Of a stretch of 53,274 nt of DNA, positions 8,389-16,402 are shown piece by piece. Below the pieces are notes generated by a model. It had not been told where the DNA came from and searched no databases. It was given only the letters and a program-made list of their open reading frames with translations. Origin of the DNA: an uncultured Elusimicrobia bacterium (GTDB taxonomy: Bacteria; Elusimicrobiota; Elusimicrobia; F11); NCBI GenBank assembly GCA_964463805.1, contig CAYXDS010000001.1, positions 1 to 53,274 of the forward strand, given 5' to 3'. Both the position numbers and the translations under genes were made by a program. Each line of letters starts with the position of its first letter. Positions within the stretch are counted from its first letter, which is position 1.

Positions 8389-9273
8389 TTAAGCGGCGTC
8401 CGCCTTGGACGACGCTTCAGGCACTTCGAAGAATTCCCGCACTGTGTGAACCAATATCGGACGTTTGTGTCCGCGTAGATGGGCCAACGTCAATGTTTTC
8501 ACACGCACGTTCGGTTCCACTTGTTCATACACGTTGTCGCTGATCAAAATTTTCGTTCCGAATTTCTTGTTGAGTTCCTCGATGCGCGCCGCTACATTCA
8601 CCGCGTCGCCGACCACCGTGTAGTCCATCCGACGTTCGGATCCGATGTGGCCCGCAATTACTTCGCCCATGTGAATGCCGATGCCGACTTGAATGGGAAT
8701 TTTCCGCTGAGCCTCACGTCGTTTGTTGATCAATTCCACATTTTGAACGAGCCGCCACGCGGTTCGGACCGCCCGCAGCGAATCGTCGTCATGCAAAATC
8801 GGCGCGCCGAACACCACGCACACACCGTCGCCGTGAAATTTATCGATCGTGCCTTCCTGTTCCATGATAATTTCAACCGTGTCTTTCCAATATTCATTTA
8901 AAAATTCCTGCAGTTCCTCGGCGCTCAATTGTTCGCACAGCGGCGTGTAATTTCGGATGTCGCAGAAAAGAATCGTTGCTTGGCGTTGGCGGCCGCCGAC
9001 TTTCGGATTTTCTTTGATCAAAATGTCGGCAATTTTCGGGTCCATGATGCGGCCCAGCGAGTGACGCATGCGGTCGCGTTCTTGCAACCCTTCGAGCATT
9101 TGGTTGAACGCGTTCGCCAGTTCAGCCCATTCTTCGGATTTCGGCACCGGCAATTCAACGTCGAGATGGCCGCGGCTTACTTCTTTAATCGCATGAATTA
9201 GTTGTGGAAAAAATTCTCCGCCCACAAACGCGAAGCGCAACGCGTGAATGCGACGACGCAGCCATTTCAGCAT
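8389..9273 (-). CDS. class III adenylate/guanylate cyclase with an N-terminal HAMP-like segment, apparently soluble
   Basis: The cyclase homology domain shows ILFCDIRNYTPL, FHGDGVCVVFGAP and YTVVGDAVNVAARIEE. It is preceded by the HAMP-like EWAELANAFNQMLEGL. An in-frame stop lies 3 codons upstream of the ATG, and no TM segment is present. Confidence 0.8.
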   Translation of the reverse strand: MLKWLRRRIHALRFAFVGGEFFPQLIHAIKEVSRGHLDVELPVPKSEEWAELANAFNQMLEGLQERDRMRHSLGRIMDPKIADILIKENPKVGGRQRQATILFCDIRNYTPLCEQLSAEELQEFLNEYWKDTVEIIMEQEGTIDKFHGDGVCVVFGAPILHDDDSLRAVRTAWRLVQNVELINKRREAQRKIPIQVGIGIHMGEVIAGHIGSERRMDYTVVGDAVNVAARIEELNKKFGTKILISDNVYEQVEPNVRVKTLTLAHLRGHKRPILVHTVREFFEVPEASSKADAA

Positions 9274-9363
9274 GAAATTTCAACCCGCTTTAAACACATC
9301 ACATATAAGCGTACGCCCCAAAGCAGGTAGCTCGCAAGGGCCTTTCCGTCGCGGTGCCGAGAT

Positions 9364-10368
9364 TTGCGTTATAATCGCCGCGTGAAAAATATTTTGGTCC
9401 GGGCCCCCCAGTGGCTCGGCGACGCGGTGGTCAGTACGGTCTTCTTAAACCGCTTAAAAACGCGTTGCCCGGACGATGTGATTTCGGTGCTTTGTACGCC
9501 TGCCCTTAAACCGTTGTTCGAGAGCCATCCGGCGGTGACTGGCGTAATCGAGTTGCCCTATCCGCACGGAAACGTGTTTGAAGCGGTCCGTCGAGTACGC
9601 GATAAAAAATTCGATGAAGCGTACGTTTTGCCTCGGTCGTTTCGCGCCGCGTTTGAGGCGTTCGCGGCCCGTGTGCCAGTGCGTATCGGGTACGCCGGTG
9701 ATATGCGGCGGCTCCTGTTGACGAGCGCGTTCCATTACGATGCCTCGCTTTTGTACGCGCATCGCTATTTGAAATTAATCGATGAGCCAAATTTGGCGCT
9801 GGATTCGGTCAAACCTTATTTTCCGTCGAAGCCGCCAGCGGATCCAGAATTGGTGGGCCTGAAAAAACCGTGGATAGGCGTGGCTCCGGTTTCGATTGCG
9901 CCATCGCGCATGTGGGACCCGGTTCGATTTGCCGAAGCTGCGAAACGGCTTCAGCAACGGATGGGCGGGTCCGTGATTTTGTTCGGCAGCGGCAAAGAGC
10001 GCATGGCGGTTCAAAACGTGGCCGATCGCATCGGAGCCGACGCGGTGAACACGGCCGGTCGACTGAATCTGCCCGAACTCGGAGCCATTGTCAGCGGGTG
10101 CCGCATTTTGCTCGCAAATGATTCAGGGCTCATGCACGTGGCGTCCGCCTTCAATATTCCGACTGTGGTTTTGTTCGGCGCCAGCGACCCCTCGAAAGCA
10201 TTGCCCGCGTGGGGCCGCTTCTCGGCGATTCAACACAAAGAAATTTTTTGCGTGCCCTGTTTGAAAAATCATTGCGTGCGGCTCGGCGACGACACGAACG
10301 CGTGCCTCAAAGCGATTTCCGTCGATGAAGCGGTGAACGAAGCCGAACGCATCGCGTCCGCTATTTGA
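9364..10368 (+). CDS. waaF: ADP-heptose:LPS heptosyltransferase (GT9), RfaF/WaaF-like
   Basis: ILVRAPQWLGDAVVS, YVLPRSFRAAF and NDSGLMHVASAFNIPTVVLFG are colinear with my recollection of E. coli RfaF. The start is TTG 9364 or GTG 9382. Confidence 0.75.
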   Translation: MRYNRRVKNILVRAPQWLGDAVVSTVFLNRLKTRCPDDVISVLCTPALKPLFESHPAVTGVIELPYPHGNVFEAVRRVRDKKFDEAYVLPRSFRAAFEAFAARVPVRIGYAGDMRRLLLTSAFHYDASLLYAHRYLKLIDEPNLALDSVKPYFPSKPPADPELVGLKKPWIGVAPVSIAPSRMWDPVRFAEAAKRLQQRMGGSVILFGSGKERMAVQNVADRIGADAVNTAGRLNLPELGAIVSGCRILLANDSGLMHVASAFNIPTVVLFGASDPSKALPAWGRFSAIQHKEIFCVPCLKNHCVRLGDDTNACLKAISVDEAVNEAERIASAI

Positions 10369-10380
10369 TTTAATGTTGCT

Positions 10381-11214
10381 ATGAGACACACCGCTTGGCT
10401 CGCTTTCTCACTCGCCGCCTTGGCCGCATGCTCACCGGTTGCGCGCACGCCGCTGCCGCCTGTGACGCCACCGGTTCCACCCCCGAGTGCGCCTCCCGCA
10501 CCCGACTTTCAAAAAACATTCGGCAACATGACGATTGGAAAAAACGGTTCGCTGCTCATTACATATAAGAACATTATGATTTGGGTCGACCCCAATGCTG
10601 ATAGCGCGACGCTCGCCGCGCAATCTCAGAATGTCGATTACGTTTTGTTGACCGACGCGGGTCAACGTCACTTCGGCTCGACCGCGCAAGCGGCGTTCCG
10701 AAAAAACATCAAGATTCTCGCGTCGCCGAACGAAGCCTCCAAAGTGAAAGCGGCCGGTTTCACCGACGTGAAAGCGCTGACGGCCGGACAACGAATCATG
10801 TTGAAGAAGAACAACGGTTCAACCGATGCGTTTGTGTTCGTCATGTGTGCGCAAAACACGAATCCGTCCACCCAGTTGCAAGTGAACAGCTACTTGCTCG
10901 AATTCGATAACGGCCGTAACCTGTTTGTGTCGGGAGAATTGACCAATGCCGATGGTTTGCGCGAGTTCGTTTACGGCCTGCGTGACGACGGAAAAGAATT
11001 GTATGCGGGCATTTTTTATTTGCAGCCGGATGTGACCGCGCAAACGATCGCACAAATCGCGAGTCTCGTGCAGCCGAAAGCGGTGATTCTCACGCAAACC
11101 GATGTTTCGGGCGTCGCTGCTGTCGACGAAGCGTCGTTTCATCAAGCGCTGCAAACTGAACTTTACGACGGGCCTGCCGTTATTTTACGCGAAGGCCGTC
11201 AAATTCCATTTTAA
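10381..11214 (+). CDS. lipoprotein, possibly a degenerate metallo-beta-lactamase fold
   Basis: Lipobox signal MRHTAWLAFSLAALAAC, followed by a Pro-rich linker. VDYVLLTDAGQRHFG sits where MBL-fold proteins carry HxHxDH, and the motif is not intact. Confidence 0.4.
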   Translation: MRHTAWLAFSLAALAACSPVARTPLPPVTPPVPPPSAPPAPDFQKTFGNMTIGKNGSLLITYKNIMIWVDPNADSATLAAQSQNVDYVLLTDAGQRHFGSTAQAAFRKNIKILASPNEASKVKAAGFTDVKALTAGQRIMLKKNNGSTDAFVFVMCAQNTNPSTQLQVNSYLLEFDNGRNLFVSGELTNADGLREFVYGLRDDGKELYAGIFYLQPDVTAQTIAQIASLVQPKAVILTQTDVSGVAAVDEASFHQALQTELYDGPAVILREGRQIPF

Positions 11215-11235
11215 GCCGTATCCTTTGGAGCGACT

Positions 11236-12846
11236 ATGTTGAATAGAAAACTGCTGGTGCGCCGGTTTTCGGCGTTTGTTTTCACGTTTATGGTAATGGT
11301 CGGATGCGGCGGCCGCGAGGCGGTGAAGCCCGCGCAAGCCGCGCCGAATTTGACCGGCGTCATTCAAGCGTTGATCGATTTGCTGGACCAGCAGGATAAG
11401 ACAAAGATTCAGAAAGAAGATTATGAATCGACGTCGATTAAAGACATCATGAGTTTTGCGACGCCCGCCGGTTATCGTTTGCGCTTGCGTTACATGGATT
11501 TCGGCGTGTCGCTCGTCGAAGCGTTGAAAGTCGCGCGCGATTCCGAATTGAAGCGCCGTATGATCGAGATGGCGCAATGGACGCGCGATCCGCAAGTGCG
11601 CGCCGAGGCGATCATCACGCTGGCCACGCTGCAGGATCCCGCGCACAAAAAATATTTTAAGGAAGCGATCCTCGATACCAAAGTCGGCATTCGCTTTGCG
11701 GCCGTCGAAGCGCTGCAGGTTTGGGGTCAGCCCGAAGCGATTCCGCTTTTGCGCATGGCCGCCGAACGCGATTTGTCTCCGCTCATGCAAATATACGCGG
11801 CGCAAGCGTTGTTGTCGCTCGGCGACGAAACCGCGATCACGTATCTGTGGAAGAATATCGACAACGCAAGCTGGGTCGCGCGCGCGATGGCCGCCCGTTA
11901 TCTCGGCGATTACGGAAAACCCGACGACTACGCGAAAATCAATTCGTCGCTGAACGCCGAGACGCGCAACGATTATGTGATCGCCGAATTGAGCATTGCC
12001 GCGCTTAAGCTCATATCGAAGAAAGGCGAGAAAGTATGGTACTCGCCGGCCTCCCCAGGTTGGAAAGAAAATGAAGAAGTCGGTTACGCGCTCGGCAAAG
12101 ACAACGTGATCGAACTCGAACCGTTGGTCATCGTGCCGCCGCAACTGCGTATTCCGGCGTCGTTGCAGATTGCCGCGCAGATCAATACGAAACTGATCCG
12201 TTTGATCACCGAGCGTTTGGACGTGCAGTTGGATCCGATCCAAGCGGCCGACCCGGTCAAGAACGATTTGGACGCGATGGTGACGCCCAGCGGTTTCGCG
12301 TTGAAAACCCGTTATGCTGAGTTGAGCTACCTGGTGATTGAAGCGCTCGGCGGTACCAACGATCCGATTTTGCGAGCCACGTTGCAGCGGCTCGCATCGG
12401 ACAGTCCGAACGGGTTGATCCGCGCCAGCGCGTTGATCGCTCTCGCCTACAGTAAAGACCAGGATGATCTGTATTTAATGGAACAAGCGTTGAGTCACAA
12501 AGAAGCGCGCACGCGCATGGGAGCGTTGGAAGCGATTGAAGTCGGACGTTTCCAGTCGGCGGTTCCGGCCGTGTTTACCGTCGCATCGAACGACGCGTCG
12601 CCGGCGTTGCAGTTGTTCGCGTTGCAGATACTCGCGAAATTCAACAACACTTCCGCGCGCCAATCGTTGATTAACCGGCTCAGTGATCCGGACTGGCCCG
12701 CCCGCGCGATGGCGTTTTGGTATCTGGGTCGTTATGGAAACGAAGACGATTATTCGATCGTGTTGTCGCGGCTGCCCACCGAACAAAATCCGTGGGTCAA
12801 AGCTGAAATCGTTCTCGCTGCGCTGCGATTGGCCCCGCTTGAATAA
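11236..12846 (+). CDS. HEAT-repeat lipoprotein
   Basis: GGAG precedes the ATG. The signal ends in MVGC. The protein has many repeats of the PBS-lyase/HEAT type (VRAEAIITLA, IRFAAVEALQVWG, WVARAMAARYLGDYG, WPARAMAFWYLGRYG). Confidence 0.65.
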   Translation: MLNRKLLVRRFSAFVFTFMVMVGCGGREAVKPAQAAPNLTGVIQALIDLLDQQDKTKIQKEDYESTSIKDIMSFATPAGYRLRLRYMDFGVSLVEALKVARDSELKRRMIEMAQWTRDPQVRAEAIITLATLQDPAHKKYFKEAILDTKVGIRFAAVEALQVWGQPEAIPLLRMAAERDLSPLMQIYAAQALLSLGDETAITYLWKNIDNASWVARAMAARYLGDYGKPDDYAKINSSLNAETRNDYVIAELSIAALKLISKKGEKVWYSPASPGWKENEEVGYALGKDNVIELEPLVIVPPQLRIPASLQIAAQINTKLIRLITERLDVQLDPIQAADPVKNDLDAMVTPSGFALKTRYAELSYLVIEALGGTNDPILRATLQRLASDSPNGLIRASALIALAYSKDQDDLYLMEQALSHKEARTRMGALEAIEVGRFQSAVPAVFTVASNDASPALQLFALQILAKFNNTSARQSLINRLSDPDWPARAMAFWYLGRYGNEDDYSIVLSRLPTEQNPWVKAEIVLAALRLAPLE

Positions 12847-12852
12847 ATTCTT

Positions 12853-12926
12853 TCGTCGTCTCCCCCGCGAAGGCGGGGGCCCAGTCACTTTAGGTGTCTG
12901 GATCCCCGCCTTCGCGGGGATGACGG
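12853..12926. repeat. hairpin-rich palindromic (MITE/REP-like) element, copy A
   Basis: TCGTCGTC leader, then hairpin CCCCCGC-GAAG-GCGGGGG (12862-12879). A central imperfect hairpin follows, then the inverted hairpin CCCCGC-CTTC-GCGGGG (12904-12919) and GATGACGG. The two ends are inverted repeats of each other. 12853-12884 is identical over 32 nt to 48350-48381. Confidence 0.8.
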
Positions 12927-13621
12927 CCTTATTATTCTGTTCGCCGGTCTTCTCGAAAGACCCGTTTCCTGCTCGGCCTTCCTCGTATGTTACGGACGAC
13001 GCGCATGTGATCGACGACGCCACGAAGTCGCGTGTTGAAAACCTATGCGTTGAGCTCAAACAAAAAACGTCGGCCGAGTTGGCCGTCGTTACGCTTTCGA
13101 GTTTGGACGGATCGGTGATTGAAGACGTGGCCGTTCGATTGTTCCATGCGTGGGGCATCGGCGAAAAAGGAAAAGACAACGGTGTTCTTTTTCTCATCGC
13201 GCCGACCGAGCGCAAGATGCGCATCGAAGTCGGCTATGGCCTCGAGGGAATTTTGCCCGACGCACGCACGGGCCGCATTCTCGATCAATATGTTGTGCCT
13301 GCGTTTAAGGTCGGCGATATGCCGGGCGGGATTCTTGGCGGCGCCTCGGCGATCGCCTCGGTCATCGCTGCCGACGCGCATGTGAAATTAACCGGTGTCG
13401 TCGATCAAACGCCGATGGACGGCAACGGATCTTATTTACCGATGATCGCGCTCGTCATATTTATTCTAATTGTGATGTTCTCTCGACCGCGGCGTCGCGG
13501 GTGGTACGGCGGCGGATGGGGTGGCGGTGGTTTCGGTGGAGGCGGATTCGGCGGTGGCGGAGGCTTCGGCGGTTTTGGCGGCGGAGGTTCGGGCGGCGGC
13601 GGATCGTCGCGGGGATGGTAA
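12920..13621 (+). CDS. TPM-domain (YgcG-like) protein with a Gly-rich C-terminal tail
   Basis: YVTDDAHVIDD...ELAVVTL...FHAWGIGEKGKDNGVLFLIAPTERKMRIEVGYGLEG is the typical TPM/DUF477 pattern. A TM segment and a GGGGFGGGG tail follow. The start is uncertain: ATG 12920 lies inside repeat copy A, and an in-frame TTG at 12839 would give a longer signal peptide. Confidence 0.75.
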   Translation: MTALLFCSPVFSKDPFPARPSSYVTDDAHVIDDATKSRVENLCVELKQKTSAELAVVTLSSLDGSVIEDVAVRLFHAWGIGEKGKDNGVLFLIAPTERKMRIEVGYGLEGILPDARTGRILDQYVVPAFKVGDMPGGILGGASAIASVIAADAHVKLTGVVDQTPMDGNGSYLPMIALVIFILIVMFSRPRRRGWYGGGWGGGGFGGGGFGGGGGFGGFGGGGSGGGGSSRGW

Positions 13622-13623
13622 CG

Positions 13624-14295
13624 ATGGGCAATGACGAATTGATCGAACAACTGAAAAAAGTTCTCGGCGAAAAGTTGAAATCGGTCGTCGCTTACGGTTC
13701 AACCGTGCGCGGCGATACGGCTCAACACTCGGACACCAACATTCTTATCGTCGCGACGGATTTATCCGCTCAAACATTGCTTGCGTTGCAACCACTTGCC
13801 GCAAAGTGGATGAAGCGACAACGCGTGCTTCCGGTTTTCTTTACACCCGATCAAATCGCGCATTCGCTGGACGTTTTTCCAATCGAATTCACCGATATGA
13901 AAAGAAACAATCAAATTTTATTCGGCGAAGATTCATTTGCGGGCGTTGAAATCGCCACGCGCCAACTTCGTTGGCAACTCGAATACGAGTTGCGCGTGAA
14001 GTTGATTCAATTGCGGCGCGCATTCCTCGAGATCGGCGACCGTGCCGCGTCGTTGGAACCGGTGACCGCAAGAACCGTTTCAAGTTTAACCGCGCTTTTC
14101 CGCGCGTTGCTCACGCTTGCAAATAAACCGGTTCCGTCACTGCAGGCCGATGTGTGGAATTCCGTGCGCGCGCTCGTGTCGATCGATGTCGATCTTGTGC
14201 GCGACGTGCGCGAGCGCAAACAAACGGAAAAACATTTCGAGCGATTGGTCGGCACGCTCGAGACCGTGATACGATTTGTCGATGAGTTCAAATGA
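13624..14295 (+). CDS. nucleotidyltransferase-fold protein (MNT/KNTase-like) with a helical C-terminal domain
   Basis: VVAYGSTVRGDTAQHSDTNILIV matches the hG[GS]x9-13D-x-[DE] NTase pattern, except that the second acidic residue is Asn. ATG 13624 lies 2 nt after the TPM stop. The earlier ORF-track start at 13501 lies within the Gly-rich repeat, read in another frame. Confidence 0.6.
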   Translation: MGNDELIEQLKKVLGEKLKSVVAYGSTVRGDTAQHSDTNILIVATDLSAQTLLALQPLAAKWMKRQRVLPVFFTPDQIAHSLDVFPIEFTDMKRNNQILFGEDSFAGVEIATRQLRWQLEYELRVKLIQLRRAFLEIGDRAASLEPVTARTVSSLTALFRALLTLANKPVPSLQADVWNSVRALVSIDVDLVRDVRERKQTEKHFERLVGTLETVIRFVDEFK

Positions 14296-14316
14296 ACAAA
14301 AGGAAGGTATGTTGAA

Positions 14317-14886
14317 ATGAAAAAAGGGCTGCTTATATTTTTAGGCGTGATCGTGGGCATCGTCGTTCTGGCCGGAATGTTTATCATCGGGCCGCGCAAT
14401 CGATTCGTCGCCGCCGAAGAAACCATCAATTCAAGCTGGTCGCAGGTTGAGAACGTGATGCAGCGACGCGCGGACTTGATTCCGAATTTGGTCGCGACCG
14501 TCAAAGGGTACGCGAAGCAGGAGAAAGACATCTTCGTGCAAGTGGCCGAAGCGCGCGCGAAATTGGCCGGCGCGCGAACCGTTCCGGAAAAAATATCGGC
14601 GAATCAAGGCATCGACAGCGCGCTGTCGCGTTTGCTCGTCATCGCCGAACGCTATCCGGAACTGAAATCCAACCAAAACTTCATGTCGCTTCAAGATGAA
14701 TTGTCCGGCACCGAAAACCGCATCGCGGTCGAACGCATGCGTTACAACGACGCGATCAAACAATACAACGTAATGGTCCGCCAATTTCCGAGCAACATCG
14801 CTGCGCGCATCTTCGGCTTCCAACCGAAAGACGCGTACTTCGAAGCGACCGCCGCCGCGAAAGAGGTTCCGAAAGTCGAGTTTTAA
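14317..14886 (+). CDS. lemA: LemA family protein
   Basis: N-terminal TM segment, then the typical LemA pattern: W.QVENVMQRRADLIPNLV.TVKGYA.E, ERYPELKSNQNF..LQDEL.GTENRI.V.R..YN. Confidence 0.85.
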   Translation: MKKGLLIFLGVIVGIVVLAGMFIIGPRNRFVAAEETINSSWSQVENVMQRRADLIPNLVATVKGYAKQEKDIFVQVAEARAKLAGARTVPEKISANQGIDSALSRLLVIAERYPELKSNQNFMSLQDELSGTENRIAVERMRYNDAIKQYNVMVRQFPSNIAARIFGFQPKDAYFEATAAAKEVPKVEF

Positions 14887-14934
14887 ATTCGTCGTCCCGG
14901 CCTTTCGATAAAACACGTTTCATAAGAAACAATG

Positions 14935-14990
14935 TAAGCCGGGACCTCGATTGTTCTCGAACGTTCGAGAGACATCGAGGTCCCGGCTTA
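14935..14990. repeat. 56-nt nested palindrome, a possible lemA terminator and a divergent member of the hairpin-element family
   Basis: Perfect 17-bp arms TAAGCCGGGACCTCGAT (14935-14951) and ATCGAGGTCCCGGCTTA (14974-14990). They enclose a perfect 16-nt palindrome TCTCGAACGTTCGAGA (14955-14970). A T-rich run follows. Confidence 0.7.
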
Positions 14991-15049
14991 TGTTTGTCCG
15001 ATGGAAGCCACAGCTGTCTTATGGCCGGGACGACGATGGTGAGAAATTT

Positions 15050-16402
15050 ATGAGCACCATTCTTTGGTTTCGAAATGATATGCGGATTGCCGATCATCCA
15101 GCGTTGATGGATGCGATCAACGCGGATCGTCCGATTTTTCCCGTTTTCATTTGGGCGCCCGATGAAGAAGCCCCATGGGCGCCCGGCGCCGCGTCGCGAT
15201 GGTGGTTGCATCATTCGATAAAACGGCTGAGCGCAAGTTTAGAGAAAGCCGGGTCTCGATTGATTATTCGGCGCGGGCCGACGTTGGCGGCGCTGGAGAC
15301 ACTGATCAATGAGACCGGCGCGACACGTGTGGTTTGGAATCGGCGTTATGAGCCGGCCGTTATCGACCGCGATAAGAAAATTATAGCGGCGTTGTCGGCA
15401 CGCGGCGTTCAAGTTGAAAGTTTTAATGGCGCGTTGTTGTATGAACCTTGGACGGTGAAGACCGGAGAAGGGAAGCCGTATCAAGTGTTCACGCCGTTTT
15501 GGCGTACGTGCATGTCGATGCCACCGCCTCCGAAACCGTTGCCGGCTCCAAAGAAGGTTCCATCGCCCGATAAATTTCCGCCGAGCGAAACGATCGAAAG
15601 TCTGAATCTGCTTCCGAAAATAAAATGGGACGCCGGTTTTTATGACGAATGGGAACCCGGGGAGGACGGCGCGCAGCGCGCGTTGAAAAAATTCCTGCGC
15701 GACGCGGACGCGTATCCAACCGCGCGCGATATTCCGTCGAAGACCAGCACGTCCCGATTGTCGCCGCATTTGCATTTCGGCGAGATCAGTCCGCGGCAGA
15801 TTTGGCATGCGGCCGAGCGTCATTCGGTTTTCATCAAAGAGCTCGGCTGGCGTGAATTCGCGCATCACCTTTTATTTCATTTCCCCCGCACGGCCGAGCG
15901 GCCGTTGCGGCCCGCGTTTGAAAAATTTCCATGGCAGAAAAACAAAGCGTTGTTCGACGCGTGGACGAAAGGAAAGACCGGTTATGGAATCGTCGATGCC
16001 GGTATGCGCGAGCTTTGGAAAACCGGCTGGATGCACAATCGCGTGCGCATGATCGTTGCGAGTTTTCTCGTGAAGGATTTGCGGATGTCGTGGCTGGATG
16101 GCGCGCGCTGGTTTTGGGATACGCTCGTCGACGCCGATTTGGCCAACAACACGCTCGGCTGGCAATGGAGCGCCGGCTGCGGCGCCGATGCGGCGCCGTA
16201 TTTCCGAATTTTCAATCCCACGAGCCAAGCGGAGAAATTCGACGCCGACGGCGTTTATATGAAGAAGTGGATCGGAAAAAATACAGCGGCGCCGATCATC
16301 GATCACGCGCGAGCGCGAAACGACGCGCTCGTCGCGTTCAAGGCAATTTCCGCTCCTTCCAAAGCTCGTAAAGCGGCGGATAAATCAAAAGCTCGAGAAT
16401 AA
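15050..16402 (+). CDS. phrB: deoxyribodipyrimidine photo-lyase (class I CPD photolyase/cryptochrome family)
   Basis: ILWFRNDMRIADHPAL at the N-terminus. The FAD-binding domain shows TGYGIVDAGMRELWKTGWMHNRVRMIVASFL and NTLGWQWSAGCGADAAPYFRIFNP. Confidence 0.85.
   Translation: MSTILWFRNDMRIADHPALMDAINADRPIFPVFIWAPDEEAPWAPGAASRWWLHHSIKRLSASLEKAGSRLIIRRGPTLAALETLINETGATRVVWNRRYEPAVIDRDKKIIAALSARGVQVESFNGALLYEPWTVKTGEGKPYQVFTPFWRTCMSMPPPPKPLPAPKKVPSPDKFPPSETIESLNLLPKIKWDAGFYDEWEPGEDGAQRALKKFLRDADAYPTARDIPSKTSTSRLSPHLHFGEISPRQIWHAAERHSVFIKELGWREFAHHLLFHFPRTAERPLRPAFEKFPWQKNKALFDAWTKGKTGYGIVDAGMRELWKTGWMHNRVRMIVASFLVKDLRMSWLDGARWFWDTLVDADLANNTLGWQWSAGCGADAAPYFRIFNPTSQAEKFDADGVYMKKWIGKNTAAPIIDHARARNDALVAFKAISAPSKARKAADKSKARE

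Noticed and set aside
11185-12243. Long antisense or alternative-frame ORFs: 11185-12243(-), 3764-5083(-), 24005-24868(+), 42124-43509(+), 16594-17883(-) and 17235-18200(+)
   Set aside because: All lie opposite to, or out of frame within, genes with clear family signatures (HEAT lipoprotein, membrane protein, typA, prfC, cusA). Their translations are Arg/His/Gly-rich low-information sequences typical of shadow ORFs in GC-rich DNA.
12683-12919. ORF-track N-terminal extension of the TPM gene back to 12683, and the similar extensions of prfC (to 43728), miaE (to 44164), MFS (to 31817), AI-2E copy 1 (from 33103), photolyase (from 14951), the NYN gene (from 52070) and the STAS-like gene (to 41373)
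   Set aside because: The extensions overlap neighbouring genes, lack family-like sequence, and end at internal Met codons that give canonical N-termini or stop/start overlaps. The shorter coordinates are used.
13495-13620. Short-period GGY-rich DNA repeat that superficially looks like a tandem repeat or array
   Set aside because: It is the coding sequence of the Gly-rich C-terminal tail (GGWGGGGFGGGGFGGGGG...) of the TPM-domain protein, a common feature of YgcG-like proteins. It has no spacer/repeat organisation.
16338-16402. 65-nt convergent overlap between the 3' ends of the photolyase gene and cusA
   Set aside because: This is probably just a run-on of the photolyase frame past its conserved core. 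The last ~20 aa (SAPSKARKAADKSKARE) look like non-conserved tail. No structure or extra signal is visible, so it is not treated as a regulatory feature.
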